Source: Anaerolineae bacterium
GTDB lineage: Bacteria; Chloroflexota; Anaerolineae; UBA4142
NCBI GenBank assembly: GCA_034435055.1
Contig: DAOTXS010000065.1
Span: 1 to 64,000, forward strand
DNA length: 64,000 nucleotides
Direction of reading: 5' to 3'
Both the position numbers and the translations under genes were made by a program. This document shows positions 8,774 to 18,354 of the stretch, one piece after another (the stretch's first letter is position 1; every line of letters starts with the position of its first letter). The notes beneath the pieces are model-generated. The model was not told where the DNA came from. It worked only from the letters and a program-made list of their open reading frames with translations, and made no database searches.

Positions 8774-10492
8774 GTGATCGACTATTGCTCGTGCGGCGAG
8801 TTTTTGATTTCCCAAGCGCCCGTCACCTGGGATGCGCTCTTGCGCGCCGGGGTGACGGGTGTTGTCTTTTTTGCAACAATTGCGAATAATCGAGTTGATT
8901 TTGAAGACGCAATCAAGCCGACCGATCCCAAGTCTTCGATGACGCGGAGCGAAAAACTGATTTTTTGGGGAGGCATATATTTTCTTGCTTTCTTATTTAG
9001 TGTTGTGGGTTGGTTCGTCCTTGCGTTCCTCGCATGGTACGTCAAGCGCATACCTGAACGGCGTTTGCCAATGACGAGTTTGTTGACCGGGAATCAAACA
9101 AAATTTTATGATTGGCTAAGTGATTTTTTGTGGAGTTGGCTAAAATCATCAATCTTTTGGACGCCTATCTTTGGGATTGGTGAGATGATAATTGGTGTGT
9201 TACTAGGATTCGTGCTTAGTTTCTTTGGATACCCCGCAACTGCTTTATTATTAAATCCTCTTTTTCTTGTAAGCGTGGCGTATATGACAGTTGTTATCGC
9301 CATTCTCTATTCACTCAGCAATACTATCTTCTTCAATTGGAAAGCACTATTTTGGCAAGCTGAACCGGCGGCTCGATTGCTTGTTGGGAATGAAAACTAT
9401 GACATAATGACCGACGAAGAAAAGGAAAATGTCAAGCGGAATGTTGTCGACTCGCAGGTGGGAATAAATAAGGCGACAATCGTTGTGGCTGGCGGTAAAA
9501 TTCAGACGCTCAATCCCCCGGCGGGTAATTTAGCCCGGTTTGGTGGGCCAGGCGTCTTGATTGTGCAGGAGGGGCATGCGGTTGTCCTTGAACGAGGCGG
9601 ACGTCGTTCGCGTATCGTCGGGACAGGTGTATGGCATTTAGGGATGTTCGAGCGGATTAACACGATTATTCCTCTGGCTCAACGCACTGTTAATATCGAA
9701 GTCGAAAACGTGGTCACGGAAGATCATGTGCTGGTCGACAAGATTAAACTCCTGGCGTTCACTCGTTTAGATCCCGGAGACAAATCGCACAAGAACGGAG
9801 ATTATCCCTTTGACGACAAGGTGATCAATGATTTGGTTTGGTCGCCCAAATTAGGACCTGAAGTTTATGATTGGTCGAGTGCGGTAAAAAGTGTTGCCGA
9901 TACGGCGATACGTGATATGGTCGCAAGATTGAAGCTCGATGAATTGATTCTCGCGTCAGGTCAAGCACGCGACACCTTGCGAACCAATCTCAAGGACGCA
10001 ATCAATCGCATTACCAAAGATAAACTGGGAGTAGCGGTCAGTAGTGTGGTCATTGGCGAAGTTGTTATCCCAGATGAGGCACGGCAAAAATTGCTTGAGC
10101 GTTGGCTTATGGATTGGGAAGCCCAAATCGCGCAGGTCAGAGCAACTGTAACTGTATCTCAGGCAGAAGCGGATAAACGAGCTCACATTGCGCGAGGCGA
10201 AGGTGAACGCGAATATCTGCGAAAACAAGGTGAAGGGAAAGCCCTAGCTGTGCGTGAAGAAAATTTGGCAAAAGCCGAAGGAGAATCTGAGATAATCCGT
10301 CAATTCTTGTTGGCGTTAGCCCAGTTGCCAATTAACGAAGAGCGCAAAGCCGATCTTGTCAAAACATTACTTCAAGGTGAGCAATACCGCGATGCGATGC
10401 GGATGTGGTCAAGCATGGGACGCTCTGCCCGAGGTGCAGGATTCCGAAACGTTGATGGTGGAGACAGCGGTACTGCGGCTACTGAACCATAA
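8774..10492 (+). CDS. Polytopic membrane protein with a C-terminal SPFH/band-7 (flotillin/stomatin-like) domain
   Basis: About four N-terminal TM helices. The SPFH core runs IVVAGGKIQTL...RTVNIEVENVVTEDHVLV, followed by a charged coiled coil (ARGEGEREYLRKQGEGKA). Lower GC than the flanks. The GTG start is uncertain; an internal ATG at MTRSEK... is an alternative. Confidence 0.65.
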   Translation: MIDYCSCGEFLISQAPVTWDALLRAGVTGVVFFATIANNRVDFEDAIKPTDPKSSMTRSEKLIFWGGIYFLAFLFSVVGWFVLAFLAWYVKRIPERRLPMTSLLTGNQTKFYDWLSDFLWSWLKSSIFWTPIFGIGEMIIGVLLGFVLSFFGYPATALLLNPLFLVSVAYMTVVIAILYSLSNTIFFNWKALFWQAEPAARLLVGNENYDIMTDEEKENVKRNVVDSQVGINKATIVVAGGKIQTLNPPAGNLARFGGPGVLIVQEGHAVVLERGGRRSRIVGTGVWHLGMFERINTIIPLAQRTVNIEVENVVTEDHVLVDKIKLLAFTRLDPGDKSHKNGDYPFDDKVINDLVWSPKLGPEVYDWSSAVKSVADTAIRDMVARLKLDELILASGQARDTLRTNLKDAINRITKDKLGVAVSSVVIGEVVIPDEARQKLLERWLMDWEAQIAQVRATVTVSQAEADKRAHIARGEGEREYLRKQGEGKALAVREENLAKAEGESEIIRQFLLALAQLPINEERKADLVKTLLQGEQYRDAMRMWSSMGRSARGAGFRNVDGGDSGTAATEP

Positions 10493-10529
10493 AGTATCCA
10501 ATCCCATTGTATTCTTTTGGGGAGGAACT

Positions 10530-11563
10530 ATGAGCATCATCAAAGATTGTCCCAATCGTGCCCAGTGCATTATTGATCTGTTATCGCGACGCGTTGAAGA
10601 AAGAAAAGGCGTTGCGTGGACCGCGCTTCTTTCCGAGGGTCAAAATCTTTGCAATGCCAGAAATGAAACGAGAGCTTTACAAAGTTTCGAACAGTCGCTC
10701 AAACTAAGTGATGATCTTGCCGCCGTGAATGACAAGGATGCTAATCGACTCAAGGCAACGGCGCTGACGTGTATTGGGGCTCTGGGTTTGTGTAAAAACG
10801 AAATCGGTAGCGCTATCGTACGTTTTCGTCAAAGCGCTAGTATTTTTAATGCCGATGGTGATCATTATGGTGAAGCCGTTGCTCTCTTTGCCCTAGCGCA
10901 AGCCTATGAGGCGCGGAAAGAGTGGCGCGAAGCGTTCCGAAATTACGAATGGAGTCAGCGCGCGCTATCACACATTAGCAGTGATTCTGCAACAATCTTT
11001 TTGCGCCAATTGGTCGAAAAGCACCACGGTGAAGCCATTAAGGAATGGGAAAAGATGCCCGAAGTCGTTCAAGCACCGCAGGGAACACTCGGCTTTCTTC
11101 CGATTTTCAACCGGATTCCGGCCGGCGACCCGCGTTCTATTTCTGAACAACCAACTGATTATGTAGAAACAGACCGTTTAATTATTGCCGACAAGCCGTA
11201 TTATGTCGTAAATAAAGATTCATCCCGGCTTCGTCTTACTTTCTCAATCGACAAAGCGTACATCGCTTTTCGTGTTGCTGGCGATAGTATGAATAATGCG
11301 GGAATTGACGACGGTGATTACGTAATTTTGAGAACGAATTCGGTGACAGGCTCCGAGCCGGTGCCAGAAATCGGTGATATTGTTGCGATTGTATTTCCGG
11401 ATGATAATGTTGTCACGCTTAAGCGATATCGCCGGAAAGGCACGCAAGTGGTTTTTGAACCCGATAGCACTAATCCCAGTCACAAGCCCTTTCAGTTTGA
11501 CAAAGCTAGCTCCGGTTTCCCTGGTAAGATTGTTGGAATTCATATAGCAACATTAAAGCCGCT

Positions 11564-11567
<4 letters not shown>
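10530..11567 (+). CDS. TPR-repeat protein fused to a C-terminal S24 (LexA/UmuD-like) self-cleaving peptidase domain; no HTH
   Basis: S24 motifs VAGDSMNNAGIDDGDYVIL (Ser nucleophile) and VTLKRYRRKGTQVVFEPDSTN (Lys base). The N-terminal ~200 aa are TPR-like helical repeats. Start moved to the ATG at 10530, preceded by GGAGGA. The tabulated ORF starts at 10356, inside the previous gene. Confidence 0.65.
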
Positions 11568-12448
<881 letters not shown>

Positions 12449-12497
12449 CTGCAACCTGCAACTTGAAACCTGTGACCTGAAACTTGGAGCTTGAATG
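12449..12497. repeat. Heptamer tandem repeat x7: CTGCAAC CTGCAAC TTGAAAC CTGTGAC CTGAAAC TTGGAGC TTGAATG
   Basis: Read directly. The final unit contains the ATG of the next gene. Confidence 0.8.
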
Positions 12498-13160
12498 TCC
12501 GATCCCCTCGCACTCGTTCTCGCATTTCTCTACGTCTCGATCATCCTCGCGCTTGGCGAAGGTTTGCGGCGCGGGCTAAAACTCAGCGTCGAGTTCACAC
12601 GCAAGTTTGTGCACATCGGCGTGGGAATGGTGTCGTTCTTGCTCGTCTGGCTTTTTCAAGCGTGGCAATGGGCAATCATTCCGCCGCTCGCGTTCATCGT
12701 CATCAATTACATTTCGTACCGCCGCCAGATTTTTGCCGGAATGGAAACCGGCGAACGCGGGCAACTGGGTACCGTTTACTTTCCAATTTCTTTTGCGATT
12801 CTGATTCCGTTGTTGTGGTCGATGCCCGCGTTGCTTGTTGCCAGTTTAATGCCGATGACGTGGGGCGATGCGTTCGCGGCGATCATCGGTAAACGATTTG
12901 GCGCGCGCAACTTTACGATGTTGGGACACACGCGGTCGATGGAAGGCTCGGCGACGATGTTTGTGTTCAGTTTCGTTGCGACGTTTCTTGCGCTCGTTGT
13001 CTTCGCCCAGCCGATTGTCACAAGTCTCGTACTCGCGCTGGTCGTTGCCATCGTCGCAACCATCGTCGAAGCGTTCTCGCCGTTTGGCATCGATAATCTC
13101 ACCGTGCCGTTGACATCGGCGATTGTGTTGATTTTGTTGAACGGCGTCATCGGCAAATAA
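12495..13160 (+). CDS. Integral membrane protein of the CTP-dependent dolichol kinase / phosphatidate cytidylyltransferase-like (DUF92) family
   Basis: About six TM helices and a GDAFAAIIGKRFG motif; the family assignment is tentative. Confidence 0.5.
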   Translation: MSDPLALVLAFLYVSIILALGEGLRRGLKLSVEFTRKFVHIGVGMVSFLLVWLFQAWQWAIIPPLAFIVINYISYRRQIFAGMETGERGQLGTVYFPISFAILIPLLWSMPALLVASLMPMTWGDAFAAIIGKRFGARNFTMLGHTRSMEGSATMFVFSFVATFLALVVFAQPIVTSLVLALVVAIVATIVEAFSPFGIDNLTVPLTSAIVLILLNGVIGK

Positions 13161-13196
13161 AAAAATCGCCAGCGCATCTCGCTGGCGATTTTACTT

Positions 13197-15707
13197 TTAT
13201 CCCGTCGTGATTGGCGCGGATGGCGTTTCGATTGGAATCGATTGCTCCGCCGACAGTCCTTCTTTTTTGCGAAACACAATTCCCTCGCGTTCGGCCGCAT
13301 CGATGACGACACAATCACCGGCTTGAAATTCCTTCTCCAACAATTTGCGCGACAACGGCGATTCGACTTTGCGTTGAAGTGTGCGACGCAACGGACGCGC
13401 GCCAAACTGCGGATCGAATCCTTCTTTTGCCAACCACTCGCGCGCGGCGTCGGTCATTTCGATTTCGATGTTGTGTTCCTTCAAGCGTTCTGCAATCTCT
13501 TGCATTTGCATATCGACGATGCTCTTGATTTGCTCGCGGTTGAGAACGTGAAAGATAATTACTTCGTCGATGCGATTCAGAAATTCCGGGCGGAAGGTTT
13601 GCTTGAGCGACTCTTCGATTTTTTCGTACCCCTTTTCCAATTTCTTGTCGCCCTGACCGTTGTGGGGTCGAAAGCCAAGTGTGCCGCCCTTTTGCGCAAA
13701 CTCTGTGCCGATGTTCGAGGTCATGATGATGACCGTGTTGCGGAAATCGACGATGTGTCCTTGCCCATCGGTCAAGCGTCCGTCTTCCAAAACCTGCAAC
13801 AACGTATTCCAAACTTCGGGATGCGCTTTTTCGATTTCATCGAACAGAATCACTTGATACGGTCGCCGCCGCACCGACTCGGTCAGTTGTCCGCCTTCTT
13901 CGTAACCGACGTAACCCGGCGGCGCGCCGATCAAACGCGAAACGGTGTGACGTTCGCGATACTCGCTCATGTCGACGCGGAAAAGTGCGTCCACATCGTC
14001 GAAGAGAAATTCTGCCAACGCTTGTGCGAGCGCGGTCTTGCCAACGCCGGTTGGGCCCAGGAAAATAAACGAACCGATGGGACGTTTGGGATCAGCCAGT
14101 CCGGAACGCGCGCGGCGAATTGCATCGCTGATCGCGTTGATCGCTTCATCCTGCCCAACGATGCGTTTGTGCAATTCGGTTTCCATCTGCAACAATTTTT
14201 CCGATTCGGTTTGCATCATTCGCGCGACCGGAATGCCCGTCCATTTGGCGATGATTTCGGCAATGTCGTTTTCATCGACGACTTCATCGAGGCCCTGTTC
14301 TTTTTGCCACGCCGCGCGTTTGGTTTCGTACTCGGCTTCGAGGGCAAGCCGCTCGGCGCGCGCTTGCGCCGCCGCTTCGTAATCGCGTTTGCTCCACGCG
14401 ATCTCTTCTTGCTTTTGCAAATCATTCAGCCGCGCCTTTTCCGCTTTCAATTCCGGGGGCATCGAAAAAATGGCGACACGCACTTTAGCCGCCGCCTCAT
14501 CGATCAGGTCGATGGCTTTGTCCGGCAAATAACGATTCGAAACGTACCGTTGCGAAAGTTTCGCCGCCGCGTCGATGGCGTCATCTTTGATCTTGACTTG
14601 ATGATGCTGTTCGTAGCGGTCGCGCAAGCCGTGCAACATTTGGATGGTCGCATCGACGTCCGGTTCTTCGACGAAGATTGGCGAAAAGCGGCGTTCCAGC
14701 GCGGCATCCTTTTCGATGTGGTTGCGGTACTCGTCGAGTGTCGTCGCACCGACGCATTGCAGTTCGCCGCGCGCGAGCGCCGGCTTGAGCATGTTCGATG
14801 CATCGATGGCACCCATCGCCGCGCCGGCGCCGACGACGGTGTGCAATTCGTCGATGAAGAGAATGATCTCGCCTTTCGCGTTGTGAATTTCATCAAGTGC
14901 CGCTTTGAGGCGTTCTTCAAATTCGCCGCGAAACCGCGAGCCGGCAACCATCGCACCCAGATCGAGCGCGACGACGCGTTTGCGCATCAACGGCTCCGGC
15001 ACGTCGCCGGCGATAATTTTTTGCGCCAGCCCTTCGACAATCGCCGTTTTGCCGACCCCCGGCTCGCCGATCAAGACCGGATTATTTTTCGTGCGGCGCG
15101 AAAGAATTTGAATCACGCGTTTGATTTCGTCATCGCGTCCGATCACCGGGTCAAGTTTGCCTTCCCGCGCGAGCGCGGTCAAATCGCGCGAATATTTTTC
15201 GAGTGCGCGGTACCTGCCTTCCGCGCCGGGATCGGTTACGCGATGCCCGCCGCGAATTTCCGGAATGATTTGCAGAATGCGTTCGCGTGTAAGCCCCAGC
15301 TCGCTCAAGATGCGCCCGGCGGGTCCCTCGCGGTCGGTTGATAGTCCCAGTAAAAGATGTTCGGTCGAAACGTACTCGTCTTTGAGCCGGGTTGCTTCTT
15401 CGTTCGCGGCGTCGACGATGCGTTTGACGCGCGGCGTGATATACACTTGCGCTTGGGAACCGCTGGCGTACGGCGTGTAATACCGCGCGGTGTTGCCTTG
15501 CAACGCTTCGTCGATCCGATGCCGCAACGCATCCGCATCGATGTTCGCGCGGTCGAGAATTGTTTGCACCGCGCCGCCGGTCTGTTCGATGAGCGCCATC
15601 AATAAATGTTCAGCATCGAGTTGGGTATGACGATACCGTTGAAGGATTTCGTGCGCGCGCGCGAACGCATCTTGCGCGCGTTCGGTAAATCGATCAAATC
15701 GCATCAT
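13197..15707 (-). CDS. clpB: ATP-dependent chaperone ClpB
   Basis: Clp N-domain, two AAA+ modules (GEPGVGKT; GPTGVGKT) and a long coiled-coil M-domain; 836 aa. Confidence 0.9.
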   Translation of the reverse strand: MMRFDRFTERAQDAFARAHEILQRYRHTQLDAEHLLMALIEQTGGAVQTILDRANIDADALRHRIDEALQGNTARYYTPYASGSQAQVYITPRVKRIVDAANEEATRLKDEYVSTEHLLLGLSTDREGPAGRILSELGLTRERILQIIPEIRGGHRVTDPGAEGRYRALEKYSRDLTALAREGKLDPVIGRDDEIKRVIQILSRRTKNNPVLIGEPGVGKTAIVEGLAQKIIAGDVPEPLMRKRVVALDLGAMVAGSRFRGEFEERLKAALDEIHNAKGEIILFIDELHTVVGAGAAMGAIDASNMLKPALARGELQCVGATTLDEYRNHIEKDAALERRFSPIFVEEPDVDATIQMLHGLRDRYEQHHQVKIKDDAIDAAAKLSQRYVSNRYLPDKAIDLIDEAAAKVRVAIFSMPPELKAEKARLNDLQKQEEIAWSKRDYEAAAQARAERLALEAEYETKRAAWQKEQGLDEVVDENDIAEIIAKWTGIPVARMMQTESEKLLQMETELHKRIVGQDEAINAISDAIRRARSGLADPKRPIGSFIFLGPTGVGKTALAQALAEFLFDDVDALFRVDMSEYRERHTVSRLIGAPPGYVGYEEGGQLTESVRRRPYQVILFDEIEKAHPEVWNTLLQVLEDGRLTDGQGHIVDFRNTVIIMTSNIGTEFAQKGGTLGFRPHNGQGDKKLEKGYEKIEESLKQTFRPEFLNRIDEVIIFHVLNREQIKSIVDMQMQEIAERLKEHNIEIEMTDAAREWLAKEGFDPQFGARPLRRTLQRKVESPLSRKLLEKEFQAGDCVVIDAAEREGIVFRKKEGLSAEQSIPIETPSAPITTG

Positions 15708-15727
15708 AGGTGGTTTCTCCGAGAATA

Positions 15728-15756
15728 ATTATACGCCCAAGCGGAAATTGCGTCAA
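15728..15756 (-). promoter_or_regulatory. Consensus-like promoter for clpB (TTGACG-N17-TATAAT on the minus strand)
   Basis: On the plus strand, ATTATA at 15728-15733 and CGTCAA at 15751-15756 with a 17-nt spacer. A GGAG RBS lies in the short leader. Confidence 0.55.
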
Positions 15757-15783
15757 TCGGATTTTGGGGTGATTCTCTCAAGT

Positions 15784-15865
15784 GTCATTGCGAGCGGAGC
15801 GAAGCAATCTTTCAAATGTCCTTTGTGAGATTGCTTCGTCGCTAAAAAACGCTCCTCGCAATGAC
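15784..15865. mobile_element. MITE-like nested-hairpin element, copy A (GTCATTGCGAGCGGAGCGAAGCAATC...AGATTGCTTCGTCGC...CGCTCCTCGCAATGAC)
   Basis: 82 bp with an outer stem GTCATTGCGAG/CTCGCAATGAC, an inner stem CGAAGCAATC/GATTGCTTCG and a variable loop. Almost identical to the copy at 27113-27191 and related to the one at 16411-16485. Confidence 0.75.
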
Positions 15866-15904
15866 AATTCTGATTTAATTGCAGATTTCGGATTTGTGTT
15901 TATA

Positions 15905-16405
15905 ATGCCAGCGATGGATAACCAAACAAAAGAACCTCTCGAAATCAGTGTCGGTCGCTTGTTGACCGAACAAAAGAAAACACTCGCGGTTGCCGAATCC
16001 TGCACCGGCGGCTTGATCACGCATCGCTTGACGAACGTGCCGGGGAGTTCGGCGTACGTCATCGTTTCCGTGATCGCGTACGCGTACCAAGCCAAGGTCG
16101 CGGCGTTGGGGGTGTCGTGGGACACGCTCAACAAATTCGGCGCGGTCAGCCCCGAAACTGTAACTGAAATGGCGCGCGGTGTCCGCGAACGATTTGCGGC
16201 GACGCTGGGTTTGGCGATTACCGGCATCGCGGGACCGGGCGGCGGGACGCCGGAAAAACCGGTTGGGCTGACATATATCGGACTGGCAACGCCGGCGCGC
16301 GTCATCGTCGAAAAATATATTTGGCAAGGCGACCGACGGCAAAACAAAGAGCAAAGCGCGGAAGCCGCGCTCAAAATGCTGTACGATTTTTTATCAAAAT
16401 CCTAA
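15905..16405 (+). CDS. CinA C-terminal domain protein (PncC-like nicotinamide-nucleotide amidohydrolase)
   Basis: LAVAESCTGGLI...GLTYIGLA is the CinA C-terminal domain signature. Start moved to the ATG at 15905. The tabulated ORF (15782) begins inside the MITE copy. Confidence 0.75.
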   Translation: MPAMDNQTKEPLEISVGRLLTEQKKTLAVAESCTGGLITHRLTNVPGSSAYVIVSVIAYAYQAKVAALGVSWDTLNKFGAVSPETVTEMARGVRERFAATLGLAITGIAGPGGGTPEKPVGLTYIGLATPARVIVEKYIWQGDRRQNKEQSAEAALKMLYDFLSKS

Positions 16406-16410
16406 GCGAT

Positions 16411-16485
16411 GTCATTTCGACGAGCGAAGGGAGGACGCGAAGCGTCTCACGTACTTGCTAGATTTCTCGCTTTGCTCGAAATGAC
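16411..16485. mobile_element. MITE-like hairpin element, diverged copy C (GTCATTTCGACGAGCGAAG...CTCGCTTTGCTCGAAATGAC)
   Basis: 75 bp sharing the GTCATT(G/T)CGA...TCG(C/A)AATGAC termini with copies A and B. Lies directly after the cinA-domain gene stop. Confidence 0.6.
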
Positions 16486-16517
16486 AGGTTGCAGGTAATT
16501 TTGAATATTCACAGGAG

Positions 16518-17366
16518 TTGATTTTGGATCTCTTTCAAGCCCTCATCCTCGGCATCGTTCAAGGACTAACCGAGTTTATCCCCATTTCCAGTTCCGCGCA
16601 TCTGATCGTCGTCCCGTGGCTGTTCGGGTGGCAAGACCCCGGACTCGCCTTCGATGTTGCGTTGCACCTCGGCACGCTCGTCGCGCTTCTCTGGTTTTTT
16701 GCATCTGATTGGATGCGTTTGATGCGCGCCGGCGTCACAAGTCTCGTCGAACGAAAAATCGGCGACGATGTGGATCGCCGGCTCGCGTGGCTGATTGTGA
16801 TCGGGTGTATTCCCGGCGCGTTGGTGGGCGTCCTCGCCGAAAGTAAAATCGAAGAGGTGTTTCATCAACCGAACGCGCCGCACAATTCTGTCCCAATGAT
16901 CGCGATGGGTATCGTCATCGCGTTGCTCGGCGCCGCGCTCTTCATCGCCGAGCGCACGGCGAGACATTTGCGCGAGCTGAATGCGCTTTCACTCCAAGAC
17001 GCGATCATCATCGGTATCGCGCAATCGTTCGCGCTCTTTCCCGGCGTCTCGCGTTCCGGCGCGACGATTACAGCTGGCTTGTTTCTGAATCTTACGCGCG
17101 AGACGGCGGCGCGGTTTTCGTTTCTGCTTTCGGCGCCGATCATCGCCGGCGCGGGCGCGAAAAGTGTTTTCGATTTGGTGCGCGACGGGATCGCGCAATC
17201 GGAATTGATTTTCTTTGGCGTCGGATTTTTCGCGGCGATGATTTCCGGGTATTTCTGCATCAAATTTCTTTTGCGCTTTTTACAACGCAACTCGACCGAT
17301 GTGTTTGTATATTATCGTTGGCTTTTGGCGGCGCTTGTGATTCTCGTCGCCGTGATGCGAGGGTAG
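16518..17366 (+). CDS. uppP: Undecaprenyl-diphosphate phosphatase UppP/BacA
   Basis: GLTEFIPISSSAHL and the downstream PGVSRSGATI motifs. Confidence 0.9.
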   Translation: MILDLFQALILGIVQGLTEFIPISSSAHLIVVPWLFGWQDPGLAFDVALHLGTLVALLWFFASDWMRLMRAGVTSLVERKIGDDVDRRLAWLIVIGCIPGALVGVLAESKIEEVFHQPNAPHNSVPMIAMGIVIALLGAALFIAERTARHLRELNALSLQDAIIIGIAQSFALFPGVSRSGATITAGLFLNLTRETAARFSFLLSAPIIAGAGAKSVFDLVRDGIAQSELIFFGVGFFAAMISGYFCIKFLLRFLQRNSTDVFVYYRWLLAALVILVAVMRG

Positions 17367-17367
17367 G

Positions 17368-18216
17368 GTGAATGTTTCTGTAGGGGCAACTCTCGTGGTT
17401 GCCCCGCAGGGGCGACCGCGAGGGTCGCCTCTACAATTATTATTCTTTCTCTTCCTCGTCGCGTGCAACGCGCTGCCCACGCCGCGCGTTGAACCCGTCC
17501 GCATCGAAATGACCGGCTCGGATTCAATGTATGCACTTGCGCGTTTGCTCGCCGAAACGTACACGCAACGCACGCCGAATGTGAAAATCGAAGTGCGCGC
17601 GACGAACTCGGAAGTAGGTTTGCGCGCGGCGCGTGAAATCTCCGGCACGATTGGTCTCGTCGCGCGCGAGATCAAGCCGGCGGAACTGGAATCGACCCAA
17701 GCCGTCGTCATCGCGCGCGATGGTGTGGCAATTGTCGCGAACAATCAAAACCCGATCAACGCGATCACGCGCGCGCAACTGGTCCAAGTCTTCGCCGGCG
17801 AAATTGCCGTGTGGCCCCTCGGTCCGATGACCGGCAAACCCATCGTCGTCGTCAGCCGCGAAGCCGGCTCCGGCACGCGCGATGCGTTTGAAACGATGGT
17901 GATACCGGGCAAGCGGGTTACGCGCACCGCGCTTGTGATGCCTAACGAAGCGGCAGTCGTCGATTTTGTTGCACGCAACGCCGACGCGATCGGCTACACA
18001 TCGATGGGCGCGTTGACGCCGGACATTCATTCACTCACCATCGACGATGTGCATCTTTCGCCGGAAACGGTCGAGAACAAATCGTACCCGTTCATCCGCG
18101 CGTTTGCATTCGTTGTTCCGCGCACCCCCAGCCCGGCAACGCAAGCATTCATCGATTTTGTGTTGAGCGCGGAAGGGCAGAGGATTGTGGGGGAGAAGTA
18201 CGGTCGAGTACGGTAG
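17368..18216 (+). CDS. PstS-family phosphate-binding periplasmic lipoprotein
   Basis: PBP type-2 fold similar to PstS, preceded by a LVAC lipobox. The true start is uncertain because the first 23 codons are encoded by the palindromic repeats. Confidence 0.65.
   Translation: MNVSVGATLVVAPQGRPRGSPLQLLFFLFLVACNALPTPRVEPVRIEMTGSDSMYALARLLAETYTQRTPNVKIEVRATNSEVGLRAAREISGTIGLVAREIKPAELESTQAVVIARDGVAIVANNQNPINAITRAQLVQVFAGEIAVWPLGPMTGKPIVVVSREAGSGTRDAFETMVIPGKRVTRTALVMPNEAAVVDFVARNADAIGYTSMGALTPDIHSLTIDDVHLSPETVENKSYPFIRAFAFVVPRTPSPATQAFIDFVLSAEGQRIVGEKYGRVR
17380..17435. repeat. Tandem pair of palindromic repeats GTAGGGGCAAC-TCTCGTG-GTTGCCCC / GCAGGGGCGACC-GCGAGG-GTCGCCTCTAC (family copy 2)
   Basis: Two adjacent hairpins between uppP and the next ORF. 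They translate in-frame as VGATLVVAPQGRPRGSPL at the N-terminus of the 17368 ORF. Confidence 0.7.
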
Positions 18217-18354
18217 CGGCGCCCCTGTGTATTCACCCATCTGGGCAACCACGCTTGGTTGCCACCTCAAAATTTTACCGCGATTTTACATCCCCCTAAT
18301 GACAAAATAATCAAAACGGTTTATGATGCCATCATCTAAACGGAGGATACGGTT

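Noticed and set aside
10356-10529. Upstream extension of the TPR-S24 ORF from 10356
   Set aside because: It overlaps the SPFH gene's C-terminus in another frame, whereas the ATG at 10530 has a GGAGGA RBS. The extension is most likely non-coding.
13242-15341. 699-aa ORF on the plus strand
   Set aside because: Entirely antisense to clpB, which has unambiguous AAA+ motifs. It is a GC-rich shadow ORF with no motifs.
15708-15783. Searched for a HAIR (CTTGAGT-N7-ACTCAAG) or CIRCE operator upstream of clpB
   Set aside because: Only a single half-site-like CTTGAGA is present and there is no CIRCE inverted repeat. clpB appears to have just a consensus promoter here.
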